A DNA stretch of 64,000 nt, taken from positions 73,094 through 137,093 of the forward strand of contig CAWBGV010000031.1 of assembly GCA_963788395.1 (NCBI GenBank), in the 5' to 3' direction. Origin of the DNA: Candidatus Doudnabacteria bacterium. Its GTDB lineage: Bacteria > Patescibacteriota > Doudnabacteria > UBA920. A model generated the notes under the pieces. That model was given only the letters and a program-made list of their open reading frames with translations, was not told the origin of the DNA and did not search any database. Positions 28,448-38,515 of this stretch are shown piece by piece (the first letter of the stretch is position 1; each line of letters opens with the position of its first letter). The position numbers and the translations under genes are program-made.

Positions 28448-29071
28448 ATGGACCAGCAATCAATACATATATTAGTTTTGAATGCTTCATTGAAACACGG
28501 CCCGACCCTTTCTAACACCGAAGAGGTGGCGCAAATGGTGGTAGATAATATGAAGCGGGAGGGGGTAATTACTTCGGAATTTATCCGGCTTTCCGATAAA
28601 AATATCCCCGTTGGTTTGGGTTTTAAAGAGAGCGACGATGACGAGTGGCCGGACATAGTCAAAAAAATTATCGCTGCGGATATTGTTTTATTTGCTACTC
28701 CAATTTGGTGGGGCGGCCGCAGCAGTTTGATGCAGCGGGTGATTGAGCGCATGGATGCTTTTGATGAAGAGGTAATTCACGGCGGCCGCAGTGTTCTGCT
28801 TAATAAAGTCGCCGGCGTAGTCATTACGGGCAGTGAAGATGGCGCCCAGGCAGTATTGGCTTCGATTATGGAAGTCCTGACGTTCTTAAATTTTACCTTG
28901 CCGCCGCAATGCTGCACTTACTGGGTCGGTGAGGTCGGTATGAACCCGGCTACCGACCGGCAGCGGCGCCTTAACAATCCGGCGGTTGAACATATGGCTA
29001 AAAACACTGCGCATAATCTTATGTACTATGCTCAATTGCTTAAACAACATCCGCTTTCGCCGGCAGGATAA
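28448..29071 (+). CDS. NAD(P)H-dependent FMN reductase / flavodoxin-like fold protein
   Basis: 207 aa: ILVLNASLKHG...ADIVLFATPIWWGGRSSLMQRVIERMD, typical of the NADPH-dependent FMN reductase family. Confidence 0.75.
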   Translation: MDQQSIHILVLNASLKHGPTLSNTEEVAQMVVDNMKREGVITSEFIRLSDKNIPVGLGFKESDDDEWPDIVKKIIAADIVLFATPIWWGGRSSLMQRVIERMDAFDEEVIHGGRSVLLNKVAGVVITGSEDGAQAVLASIMEVLTFLNFTLPPQCCTYWVGEVGMNPATDRQRRLNNPAVEHMAKNTAHNLMYYAQLLKQHPLSPAG

Positions 29072-29161
29072 GATTTTTTAGGCTAAATTTTCACTAAAAT
29101 ATGATATAATATGGGCATGTAACTAAAAAGAAGCTCCGGAAGCTCAAGGACGAAACAAATT

Positions 29162-29392
29162 TATGCCATATAAAATAAAATCTGATACTATAGTAACAAA
29201 AAACTCCCCATTTTTAACGGTATTTTTAATACATAGCGCTGATTGCCCAGTTGGCAGTCGGCTTTTTTGTAGTACCGGCCAAAATTGCCAAAGCCTCAGG
29301 TGCCATCTATTACGTTGATTCCGTAGGCGGTAGTGATAGCAACAATGGCACCTCTAGCACAACTCCGGGAGTGACTGACACCAATGTTTAGA
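29162..29392 (+). pseudogene. Remnant of the N-terminus of a secreted beta-helix / surface protein (signal peptide + YYVDSVGGSDSNNGTS motif), truncated and frameshifted
   Basis: MPYKIKSDTIVTKNSPFLTVFLIHS... then, in another frame, LAVGFFVVPAKIAKASGAIYYVDSVGGSDSNNGTSSTTPGVTDTNV and a stop. There is no downstream body. Confidence 0.3.
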
Positions 29393-29454
29393 TATGCTAT
29401 AATAGTTCTATTGAGTTTAAACAGTAACTTTTTGGTTCGTATTAACAGAAATAT

Positions 29455-30066
29455 ATGATGCCTGAACAAAAAAACCATTGGTTTGTGTGGTGCATGTGCG
29501 CGATTGTAACTACTCTTATTTGCGGCTTAGTCTATGCCGCCGTCCAGCAGAATTACCGGCAATCGGCCAACAACCCGCAAATTCAAACGGCGGAAGATGT
29601 TGCCACCAGTTTAAAAGGCCAGCAAGTCCCTCCGTTTACCGGCCAGCAAATCGATATGAGTCAGAGCCTCTCCACATTTATTTTAGTTTATGACGCCACA
29701 GGTACACCGATTACCGGCACGGGCCAGCTCAATAACACCACTCCAACCTTGCCAGCAGGTGTGTTCCAAGCTACTAAAACGAAAGGCGAGGACCGTATTA
29801 CCTGGATGCCTAGTCCCGGTTTACGCTTTGCCATGGTCGTAGTACCAATTCCCGGTAATACCGGTTACATTGCAGTCGGCCGTTCCCTCCGCGAAATAGA
29901 AAAGCGGGAAACCTCGCTCGAAATAATGTCTGCCCTGGCTTGGCTGATAACTCTCCTGCTCACTGCGCTTTTAACGTGGTGGTTCGACTCCCAATCCCGA
30001 CGTCCTGTTGAACATACTCCCGAGACTCCCCATGAGCACACCGGCGATCATCACCAGGCTCAGTAA
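29455..30066 (+). CDS. Hypothetical membrane protein (two transmembrane helices flanking a periplasmic-type domain; sensor-like)
   Basis: 203 aa: an N-terminal helix, about 110 aa extracytoplasmic, a second helix (ALAWLITLLLTALLTWWF), and a His-rich tail. Confidence 0.4.
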   Translation: MMPEQKNHWFVWCMCAIVTTLICGLVYAAVQQNYRQSANNPQIQTAEDVATSLKGQQVPPFTGQQIDMSQSLSTFILVYDATGTPITGTGQLNNTTPTLPAGVFQATKTKGEDRITWMPSPGLRFAMVVVPIPGNTGYIAVGRSLREIEKRETSLEIMSALAWLITLLLTALLTWWFDSQSRRPVEHTPETPHEHTGDHHQAQ

Positions 30067-30077
30067 AGGTAAATGCA

Positions 30078-30112
30078 CAAAACCCTCCGCCCCGCGGGGG
30101 GTTTTTAAATTT
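30078..30112. terminator. Bidirectional GC hairpin plus T/A tracts between convergent genes
   Basis: AAAACCCTCCGCCCCGCGGGGGGTTTTTAAATTTT. Confidence 0.5.
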
Positions 30113-30174
30113 TGTCGGAGGCGTTAAAAATTGTTAAATCGAACCCATTACAGATAACTTTACCAAAGATTTAG

Positions 30175-31610
30175 TTATATAGGAAATTCAATCGTAAAAA
30201 CCGTACCTTGGCCACGCGAACTTTTGACTGTTATAGTTCCTTGCAATTCTTTTTCCACGATGGACTTAGTTGTTGCTAAGCCCAGGCCAGTGCCCCGCTC
30301 AATGGTTTTTGTAGAAAAAAAAGTTTCGAATATTTGGCTGAGATGCTCTGGTAAAATTCCTATTCCCTCGTCTGTCACTTCCAAAATCGCTATACCGTCT
30401 TTAGACTTCAGTTTAATCAGAATACTTTTATGATCCCGAGTAACTTCGTCGTACGCATCAATCGCATTCGAAAGTAAATTTGTAATAACCTGATAAAATT
30501 TAAGAGGGTTGCCAAAGTAATCAACCTGTTGCGTCTCCAAAAAGACGACCTCAATTTGTTGGGTGAGGGTTTTATAATGAAACAGCTGTATTACCTGATA
30601 AATTTCCTGATTAAGCGAAAATAAAAATTTGACGTTTTGATGATTAAGCTGTTTGCGCACCGCCTCAATAAATTCCTGCATTCGTTTACTGATGATTACC
30701 GCGCGTTCAAGTTCAGCTTGGGTGGTTGCAATATCGGGATGATCGGTTTTTAACTTTTTTATATTGAGAGACAGGGCGGTGGGGTATTCATCAAGTCGTG
30801 GAACGCTCCGCTGGCTAGTCGGCCGAACTCCGCGAACCGATCTAATTCCGTAACCTTTTCTAATTGAGCCTGTTTTAGGGCTTGCGTGCGTTCTGCAATT
30901 TTAATTTCCAGCAAGTCCCGTTCGTTTTTCAGTTCTTGTTCCGATGTTTGGGCGCGGCGAAGCGATTTAACTATTTCACGATTGGCGAGCCAAGACACCA
31001 CGGTTAAGAGTATAAAAATAGCAGCAAATTCCAGCGTATCCAACACTTCGAGCGGTTTGTTTTTCCAGTGCAAAATGGGTAATGAAGGTGCAGCGCTTTC
31101 TTTTAGGCCGGCAGGGATTAAAACCGTGATTATAACTAAGGTGATAATAAAGCTAAAGCCAGTCCCGATTAAAATACTCGACATAGTGATAACTAAGGCG
31201 TCGGCCAGTAAGGCTGTGGGTTCGTCGGCTCCCCAGATACATTCTGTGTAAATAGTAGCAGCCAAAAACAGAACAATAAAAATGTAAGCCGAAAATTTAT
31301 AATACCCTTTGCGTGATAGGTAATAAAGGGCAACAAATAAGAACACTAAAGCGCAAAAGATTAACGGCGGAACTCCTCGATAATCAGTTTGCAGATGGTC
31401 GTGATTATAAAAAATAACTGCCGTGAGCAGGCCTACTATCAGCAAATTTCCGCAAAGTAAAACATTTAAAATGAGTTCTCTGCGGCGTTCGTCTTCTAGG
31501 TGGGCGCGGGGACGCAAAAAATGTTGATATAAAAAATATACCCCTTTCTTGCTCAAGCCGTGCAATCGGTGGAGACTGGAAAAAGAATTTTCCAAAGAAC
31601 CGGTGCCCAT
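30175..31610 (-). CDS. Sensor histidine kinase (membrane domain + HisKA + HATPase_c), 1-nt frameshift at the H-box
   Basis: The N-terminal ORF (30759..31610) has 5-6 transmembrane helices, a coiled coil and ...SGAFHDLMNTP. A frame change at a GGGG run (30781-30784) continues TALSLNIKKL... into ORF 30175..30681, which has the N box LLSNAIDAY and the G boxes GTGLGLATTKSIV. Confidence 0.8.
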
Positions 31611-31651
31611 ATGCGAGTTTTAATGTTTTACAATCAGTCGATTAATAATTC

Positions 31652-32671
31652 TTAGTGTTCGCGGGAAACGATAAATTGCAAAGATGTAAAAATTGCTTTT
31701 TTTGCCGTGGTGTCCAGTAAATTTGTGGTGGTTTTTAGAAAATTTTGCTGGGCGGTGCCGGCCAGCTTTTTGGCGGTTTCTTGCACGTAGGTAACACTGC
31801 CGTATTTTTTCATTAATGAGACAATGAGCTTTTTTTCCTGCCAGCTTTTTTGCTCTCGCGGTTCCGAATAAATTTTATTTATTAACCGCCGTTCAGCCGG
31901 GGTACATTGTTTTAGAAGGTGAATAAGCAAGAGGGTGCGCTTGCCTTCGGAAATATCGCGGTATAATTCTTTGGAAGAATTTTTGGCTGTCAAAATATCT
32001 AAAACGTCATCCCATAGCTGGAAAGCTAAGCCGGCCGGTTTGCTCCAGGTTTCTATCTTAGCCAATTCTTGGTCCGGCTGTCCGGCAATAATTGCGCCTA
32101 ATTGTAGCGGCGCAGTAATGCTGTAGTAGGCGCTTTTTCGGCCGATCATGTCAAAATAATCTTTTTCAGAAATAAGCAGCTGCTGCTTATCTGTCCAGGA
32201 GAGGTCTATAAATTGGCCTTCTATTGTAGTAGAAAGCACGTCTATCATTTTATCGTAGACCTTCCACCCGCGTTCTGGACCTAATAGACGAACATTGTCG
32301 CCTAAGATTTTCCACATTATAATGTGCAAACCGTCGCCGGCATTCAATGCCAGTTCGGGACTATAGAGAATGCTGAGCGCGGGTTTGGAGCGGCGCAGGA
32401 GTGAATGATCTTCCACGTCGTCGTGAATCAACAGCCAGTCTTCGGCAGTTTGTAACGCGGCAGCGGTTAGCAGTGAATCGGCGTCTTTGCCGCCATACAT
32501 TTGTGCCGCAAGTATAACCAGCGCAGGTCGCAAATACTTGCCTTGACGCCGGGGATAATCCGCAATCATTTGGTAATGCCTGTGGGGATCTTTTGCCGGC
32601 AGGTACTTTTGGATAACTTCCCAAACTTGAGGCTTGAGCCGCTGTAGTTCTTTTAAAAAAGTTGTCGGCAT
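31652..32671 (-). CDS. Polyprenyl diphosphate synthase (GGPP/FPP synthase family)
   Basis: 339 aa with the first Asp-rich motif LIHDDVEDHSLLRR and the second QLWDDVLD. Confidence 0.85.
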   Translation of the reverse strand: MPTTFLKELQRLKPQVWEVIQKYLPAKDPHRHYQMIADYPRRQGKYLRPALVILAAQMYGGKDADSLLTAAALQTAEDWLLIHDDVEDHSLLRRSKPALSILYSPELALNAGDGLHIIMWKILGDNVRLLGPERGWKVYDKMIDVLSTTIEGQFIDLSWTDKQQLLISEKDYFDMIGRKSAYYSITAPLQLGAIIAGQPDQELAKIETWSKPAGLAFQLWDDVLDILTAKNSSKELYRDISEGKRTLLLIHLLKQCTPAERRLINKIYSEPREQKSWQEKKLIVSLMKKYGSVTYVQETAKKLAGTAQQNFLKTTTNLLDTTAKKAIFTSLQFIVSREH

Positions 32672-32740
32672 ACTTTGGTTCGTTAAAAAATTTTGGAATG
32701 AATTTTTTGTATAGCTTGAACTTTAAGCTTCCCAAATACA

Positions 32741-33412
32741 TTAACCCTCATCGATCTTATAACCGCGTCCGGACACGGTATGAATCAGCTTCACGCTGTG
32801 GCCGCGGTCTATTTTACGCCGCAAATTCAGAATGTGGGTTTCTATGGTATTCGAAAAGGGGTCGGCATTCATATCCCAGACATGTTCCATAATCAGCCCG
32901 CGAGAGACTACATTACCTTGGCGTCTCATTAAAAATTCCAATAATGCCAGTTCTTTTCTGGTTAAGTGAATTTCTTTATCGCCGCGCTTCACTAAATGTT
33001 TTTTGCTGTCGAGGGTCAGATCAGAAACTAACAAGACTTCCTTTTCCATTCCCGATGGCCGTCTCAGGATGGCATTGATCCGGGCCAATAGTTCGTCAAA
33101 CTGAAATGGTTTGGTTATGTAGTCGTCGGCTCCTTCGTTCAGGACGGTTATTTTTTGACGCACTTCAGCCTGCACAGAAAGCATAATAATAGGCATCGTT
33201 TTGCCGGCTTGCCGCAGCTCCCGGCAAACTTCTGTGCCGGTTTTTTTGGGAAGTATATTATCCAAAATCACCAGATCGTAAGTGTGAATTTTTCCCAAGA
33301 TTAATCCATACTCCCCATCGGTGGCCAGATCTACGGTGAAGACCTCGGATTCTAAAGCATTTTTAAGATGCAGGCCTAAATCAATATCGTCTTCAATGAG
33401 TAATAAGCGCAT
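32741..33412 (-). CDS. Response regulator, OmpR/PhoB winged-helix family
   Basis: The receiver domain has the acidic DD pocket (LLIEDDIDL), phospho-acceptor Asp (LVILDNILP) and conserved T and K. The C-terminal trans_reg_C has ...VWDMNADPFSNTIETHILNLRRKI. Confidence 0.9.
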   Translation of the reverse strand: MRLLLIEDDIDLGLHLKNALESEVFTVDLATDGEYGLILGKIHTYDLVILDNILPKKTGTEVCRELRQAGKTMPIIMLSVQAEVRQKITVLNEGADDYITKPFQFDELLARINAILRRPSGMEKEVLLVSDLTLDSKKHLVKRGDKEIHLTRKELALLEFLMRRQGNVVSRGLIMEHVWDMNADPFSNTIETHILNLRRKIDRGHSVKLIHTVSGRGYKIDEG

Positions 33413-33632
33413 AGGATTTGTCTTATTTCGTAATCAGTATAAGTAAGTTTTGGATGAGGCGCAAACGATAATCTTTATAAATATTTTATCTTTTTTTGAG
33501 AATTCGTTTTGAAGAGTTTTAGCCAAAAGTAGGAAACTCCAATAGAATCGGGAGCTTTAAGAGTATTTTTAGCATTTAAAATTAAAATAGTTTATCCACA
33601 GACAAAAAAATAATCTCGGCCAGAGGCCAAGA

Positions 33633-34148
33633 TTATGGGTTTAAGGTCTTAATAATTGATGGTAAACAAGTTTTGAGCCAGAACGTGTATAGTTCCGGAT
33701 GGGCCGATAATTCTTTTTCCAGGCTCGCAATATCTATCCAGCGTAATTCACTGACTTCTTGGGGATTAGGATGTCCTTCAGTTTCAGTAGCTCCAAAGAG
33801 GACGTGATCAAATTCATATTCAGTCAGGCCGTTGCTGAAAGATGCTTGGTAGACAAAAGTGAACTTTTCTGCCAGTGGACAATCAAAACCAACCTCTTCT
33901 TGCAGCCTGCGGTGAGCGGCGGCCAAGGTGGTTTCGCCGGGGCGTTGGTGACTGCAGCAGGTGTTGGTCCAAAGGCCGCCAGAGTGGTATTTGTGAAGCG
34001 CGCGGCGCTGGAGCAGAAGTTGACCTTTATTATTAAATACAAAAACAGAAAAAGCCCGGTGCAGCTTGCCTTCACGGTGAGCCTGCATTTTTTCCATAGT
34101 GCCGATTTGGTTGTCGTATTCGTCAACGAGGATTAGTAATTCCGGCAT
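33633..34148 (-). CDS. idi: Isopentenyl-diphosphate delta-isomerase, type 1 (Nudix)
   Basis: 171 aa: HREGKLHRAFSVFVFN, WTNTCCSHQRPGE (catalytic Cys) and EYEFDHV motifs. Confidence 0.85.
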   Translation of the reverse strand: MPELLILVDEYDNQIGTMEKMQAHREGKLHRAFSVFVFNNKGQLLLQRRALHKYHSGGLWTNTCCSHQRPGETTLAAAHRRLQEEVGFDCPLAEKFTFVYQASFSNGLTEYEFDHVLFGATETEGHPNPQEVSELRWIDIASLEKELSAHPELYTFWLKTCLPSIIKTLNP

Positions 34149-34666
34149 TAGATAGATTTTTTATAATAATTGAACACTGCTTGGGTTCCCCAGGATTTTA
34201 GATCGGCGGGGGAGAAGCCGAGTTTTGCCGCATATTGTTGGAGCGTCTGTTCGTCCGGGGCTTCAATTTCCAGAAAGGTCGGCAAGTCGGGATAGGTGTC
34301 GAATTCAAAATGCACGCCGTCGAGAAGGTAAGAAGTGCGGTGTTTTGTTGACGCCTGGTATTTGGGACGCAGCCCAAGGCCAAGTAATATTTTTTTCATC
34401 GTATCAAAATTACTGACGGTAACTTCAAGCTCTTCCGATACTTTGGCTTTTTCAGTGCTTAATAATTTTTTGTAGGTAAGTTCTACCTGATCACCTTTAA
34501 TGCGTAACCTAATGAGTGTTTCATTTTTGGACAGACTTTGATCCGCAAAATCAAAACCTGTGGCCGCAATTTGGCCATCAAAAGACATTTTTGCGCCTAA
34601 AGCCAGGAGCTTTTTTATGATTAACGAGCTGTTGATCTCTAAAATTTTTGCTTCTATTTCGCGCAT
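34148..34666 (-). CDS. CYTH-domain protein (class IV adenylate cyclase / triphosphatase-like)
   Basis: 172 aa with the N-terminal EIEAKILEI (ExExK) signature and beta-barrel spacing of basic residues. Confidence 0.7.
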   Translation of the reverse strand: MREIEAKILEINSSLIIKKLLALGAKMSFDGQIAATGFDFADQSLSKNETLIRLRIKGDQVELTYKKLLSTEKAKVSEELEVTVSNFDTMKKILLGLGLRPKYQASTKHRTSYLLDGVHFEFDTYPDLPTFLEIEAPDEQTLQQYAAKLGFSPADLKSWGTQAVFNYYKKSI

Positions 34667-34769
34667 ATTTCTTAGTATATCAGACGTTTAACCGCAGGGT
34701 CAACGCTCGCAGTTTTTTAACTTAAAAAGCCACCTTAGAGGTGGCTTTTTAAGTTCTACTGTTGAGGTA

Positions 34770-36173
34770 TTAGGTAGGCGTTGGGATAGGGGTCGGGGTG
34801 GGAGTGGGTGTGGTGTTTGCCGGAGTAGTTGGTTTTTGGTAAGTCTGCGACATATCTTGGACCCGGGTAGCGGTAATGTTGGTGGATCCGGTTACCATGG
34901 TACCCCAGACCTTAACTTGATCATTCGTTTGAAGAATGGAAATTGTGCCCTTGCGGCCGTTTTTGTAGTAGAAGTTGGCTTTGCTGGCATCGATGGTATA
35001 AGTGGTGCTGCTGGCCGTAACAACAGTTAAGCTCGTGCCGCTGACAGACTGCAGCGTACCGGTGATAACACTGCTGCTGACTTTAATCGTAATGCGATTA
35101 GCCGTGACATTGCTTTCGGTCCGGTCCCAGACGCCGCTAACTGTGGCGGTTTGGCCTTGGGCTAGGCTGGTAAAGCTGCCGGTTTGTGAGCCTACCCGAA
35201 ATACGGTCGTGCTGGCAATATTAATGGTTTGGGTACCCCGGGCTTTGCTTTGGAGTGTAAAACTGGAATCGCTTACTGCGGTGATTGTCCCCACAAAAGT
35301 TCCATTATATGCCTGCAAAGATTCATCACGGATAGTTTTAGCAGTAATGTTGGTGCCATTTATGGTACCGGTAACTGCCAGATTATCGCCGCTTTGTGCA
35401 TCACCCATGCCCATGGCCGCGCCGTAGCGGCGAATCCATTTGGCGCTGGAAGCATCAACCGTATAAGCGGAGCTCTTGCCGGTTAAAGTAAAGCTGGGGC
35501 CATTGGCCGAACCAAAGGTACCGCTCGTGGTACCATTTTTGACAATTATAGTGACTTTGCTGGCCGCGATAGTATTATTTGTGCTATCCCAAACACCGCT
35601 TACCGTGACATTTTCTCCAGCAGTAACGTTGGTGATGCTGACACTGGTTTGGCCGCTCTCTTTGAAAGTTGTTGAGCTGGTAGTGTTAACTGTCTGGGTG
35701 CCGTGGGCGGAAGTAGTAATGGTAAAGCTGGGAGCATTTATCGATTGTACGCTGCCGCTCATGGTAGCATCTCGTTGCTGCTGCGATTCGTCGCGAATAG
35801 TCTTAGCGGTAAGATTACTGCCGCTGACGGTGCCTACAATTTGCAGACTATCGCCATTTTGGATGTCGCTGGCCTGCATAGTCGCTCCGTATTTTCTGAC
35901 TATCTTAGCGCTGGAGGCGTCGACCGTATAAGTCGTACTGCTGGTTGTAACGGTAAAGCTGGTCGAGCCGGCGCCGCTGACCGTACCCGTAATTAAGGTG
36001 GGTTTGGTGCTTGATGCCGTGCTTTGATTAACACCGTGAGTTATGGACATCCCTGTGCGAATATGGCTTCGCAGAGAGGTCGTACTGGGCGGTGTAGTGG
36101 TTTGGGCTAAAGCTATAGCCGGTAACAGTAAGGAGAGGGTGAGAATCCCTGCTGTTGTGTGTAGGTTCTTCAT
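34770..36173 (-). CDS. Secreted Ser/Thr-rich repeat protein (three DUF5666-like about 95-aa repeats, TPTPTP tail)
   Basis: Signal peptide MKNLHTTAGILTLSLLLPAIALA. The internal repeats are YTVDASSAKIVRKYGATMQASDIQNGDSLQIVGTVSGSNLTAKTIRDES, YTVDASSAKWIRRYGAAMGMGDAQSGDNLAVTGTINGTNITAKTIRDES and YTIDASKANFYYKNG...ITATRVQD. Confidence 0.6.
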   Translation of the reverse strand: MKNLHTTAGILTLSLLLPAIALAQTTTPPSTTSLRSHIRTGMSITHGVNQSTASSTKPTLITGTVSGAGSTSFTVTTSSTTYTVDASSAKIVRKYGATMQASDIQNGDSLQIVGTVSGSNLTAKTIRDESQQQRDATMSGSVQSINAPSFTITTSAHGTQTVNTTSSTTFKESGQTSVSITNVTAGENVTVSGVWDSTNNTIAASKVTIIVKNGTTSGTFGSANGPSFTLTGKSSAYTVDASSAKWIRRYGAAMGMGDAQSGDNLAVTGTINGTNITAKTIRDESLQAYNGTFVGTITAVSDSSFTLQSKARGTQTINIASTTVFRVGSQTGSFTSLAQGQTATVSGVWDRTESNVTANRITIKVSSSVITGTLQSVSGTSLTVVTASSTTYTIDASKANFYYKNGRKGTISILQTNDQVKVWGTMVTGSTNITATRVQDMSQTYQKPTTPANTTPTPTPTPIPTPT

Positions 36174-36315
36174 AGACCTTTTGTTTCTTAATGGTTATTT
36201 ATTTAATTATACCACTCAATATCTTATAATAGCCAATTTTAAAGAAATTTTTTATTTTTCTGTTTAAGTTGAGCGCATTTCCGGCAAATATTTTCTTTTG
36301 CTATACTAAGTGAGT

Positions 36316-37775
36316 ATGAAAACCGCGCTTTTGTCTGTGTATAACAAAGAAGGAATCGTAGAGTTTGGACGGTCTTTAAAGGACTTGGGGTGGAATATTA
36401 TTGCCAGCGGCGGCACGGCAAAAGTGCTGGTCGAGGCTGGTCTGGAAGTGACGGACACCGCCGCCTTAGCCGGCCAAGCTATACTGGGCCATCGGGTGGT
36501 GACGCTTTCGCGGGAAATTCACGCGGCTTTATTGGCGACCGATTCTCCTGAAGATCAAAAAGAACTAGCCGAATTAGATATTCCAAGAATAGATTTAGTT
36601 TGTGTAGATCTCTATCCGCTGGCGGAAGAAATTTCCCGTCCCGGCTCGACCGCCGCTTCGGTGATTGAAAAAACGGATATTGGCGGTCCGACTATGCTGC
36701 GCAGCGCGGCCAAAGGACGGCGGATAGTCATTTGCGATCCGGCCGACCGGACGGCAGTTATCGAGTGGTTAAAGAACGGATCGCCGGAAGCAGAAAAATT
36801 TATTTCCGCTTTGGTGGCTAAAGCAGAATATTATATTGCCGATTATTGTTTGCTATCCGCTCGGTATCATAGTGCTGGTCTGTATGACGGATTGCTGGGC
36901 GAGCAGGTTCAAGTCTGTGGGTATGGAGAAAATGCCTGGCAGCAACCCGCGGGTTTGTTTAAAAATCGAAGCGTTGACGAACTGGCTTTGAATGATTTCC
37001 AAGTAGCAGTTGGGGCAGCCCCCAGTTACAATAATTGGTGTGATGTTGACCGGCTGTTGCAGACTATAACTCATATAGCAGCTGCTTTTGATGTTCATTA
37101 CGGCGCAGTTCCTTGGATTGCGGTGGGGGTAAACACGGCAATGCTTGCGGCGCTGCTGTCTCGAAAACACCTCAGGAAGCCGTAACAAAAATGCTGGAAG
37201 GAGACTTACGGGCAATTTTTGGGGGACTGCTGATTGTTAATTTTGAGCTCACCGACCAATTGGCCGAAATTTTATTGACTAATAAAATGCCTACCGGCCA
37301 GCGCCGGCTGTTGGATGGTATTATAGCGCCGGCAATTACCGAAAGCGCCGTAACTATGCTGAAACGAAAGGGCGACAAATGCCGCATTTTTATAAATCCG
37401 GCTTTGGCGCGCCTTAATCGTTCATCATTAGACTCTGCCATGCGCTTTCGCTACGTGCGTGGCGGATTTTTGCGTCAGCCAAACTACACTTTTATTTTTG
37501 ATTTTTATGACGGGCAAATTCAGAACAATAAAACTGTGGATGAAAATCAAGAACAAGACTTGTTGTTGGCTTGGGCCATAGGGTCGACTTCGAACAGTAA
37601 TACCGTGACCTTGGTTAAAGATGGGATGCTAATTGGTAACGGCGTCGGCCAGCAAGACCGGGTCGGCGGCTGCGAGCTGGCCATTAAGCGCGCTGCTTCC
37701 AGCGGACACAACACGCATAAAGCCGCGGCCTATAGCGACAGCTTTTTTCCGTTCGTCGACGGTCAAAAGTTCTAA
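36316..37775 (+). CDS. purH: Bifunctional AICAR transformylase / IMP cyclohydrolase, 1-nt frameshift at a GGGGG run
   Basis: The MGS-like N-terminus is MKTALLSVYNKEGIVEFGRSLKDLGWNIIASGGTAKVL. After GGGGG at 37125-37129 the frame changes into GKHGNACGAAV...QDRVGGCELAIKRA...AYSDSFFPFVDG, the AICARFT domain. Confidence 0.9.
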
Positions 37776-37920
37776 TTGAACATGGTATCCAGACTATTTT
37801 GGCTACCAGTGGTTCAGTCCGCGATTCAGAAATTAAAGATTACTGCGACCAACAAAACGTTGCGCTCTATTTAATTCCCGACAGAGCCGGGCGAGGTTTC
37901 TTTGGACACTAGTCACAAAC

Positions 37921-37955
37921 ACAGGGGACCCCTTCAAAGGGGTCCCTGTGTTTTT
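37921..37955 (+). terminator. Palindromic terminator after purH (sibling of the 13278 hairpin)
   Basis: ACAGGGGACCCC-TTCAAA-GGGGTCCCTGT followed by GTTTTT. Confidence 0.65.
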
Positions 37956-37975
37956 AGATCTGTTTGAGGATTTCT

Positions 37976-38461
37976 TTATTTTTGGACGTCCAGTTGGGCG
38001 GTACCGCCGCCATCGCAAGTGATGTTGTACTTGCCGAGCGTAGAAGCGGTAGCAATAGCAAAGCTGTAGGGTTTGAGGATATAGGTTTGTGATTGGATCC
38101 TTATGGTATCAGTGGCGTTATCGCGATTATCTAACATAAATTGGTCGCCTTGTCGTATGGCCAGCGTGCCGGGATCGCCATGGCAACTGGAAAACTGAAT
38201 CCGATAGACATATTTTTTGAGGGCCGCGTTGTAAGCAATATTGCTGCTGCTGGAACCATGAAGCGCGGAAGCCGGTGTAGAAGTCGGCGTGGAGGTGGCT
38301 TGACCCGCGCCGGGATTAGCGGAAAGTACGGGGCTGCGTCCTGAACCTAAGCTTCCTGCTGACTCGTTATTCGAGCGGGAAAGTAGGTACCAGGAAGCGC
38401 CCGCAATGACTACTATAGCCACAATTCCAATTATAACCGTTGTTTTGTTACTCATATGCAT
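37976..38461 (-). CDS. Membrane-anchored secreted protein (hypothetical)
   Basis: 161 aa: an N-terminal transmembrane anchor, a Ser/Thr/Gly linker, then a small Cys-containing domain (CHGDPGTL...NITCDGG). Confidence 0.4.
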   Translation of the reverse strand: MHMSNKTTVIIGIVAIVVIAGASWYLLSRSNNESAGSLGSGRSPVLSANPGAGQATSTPTSTPASALHGSSSSNIAYNAALKKYVYRIQFSSCHGDPGTLAIRQGDQFMLDNRDNATDTIRIQSQTYILKPYSFAIATASTLGKYNITCDGGGTAQLDVQK

Positions 38462-38515
38462 AAAGGGTTTAATTATTTTCCCTTCTAATAAGACGAAAAT
38501 AGAGGCTAAAACTGT

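Noticed and set aside
34836-35996. Plus-strand ORFs (35002..35427, 35476..35931, 35703..35996) overlapping the repeat-protein gene
   Set aside because: They are antisense reading of a Ser/Thr/Gly/Ala-rich repeat gene, a common source of long spurious ORFs.
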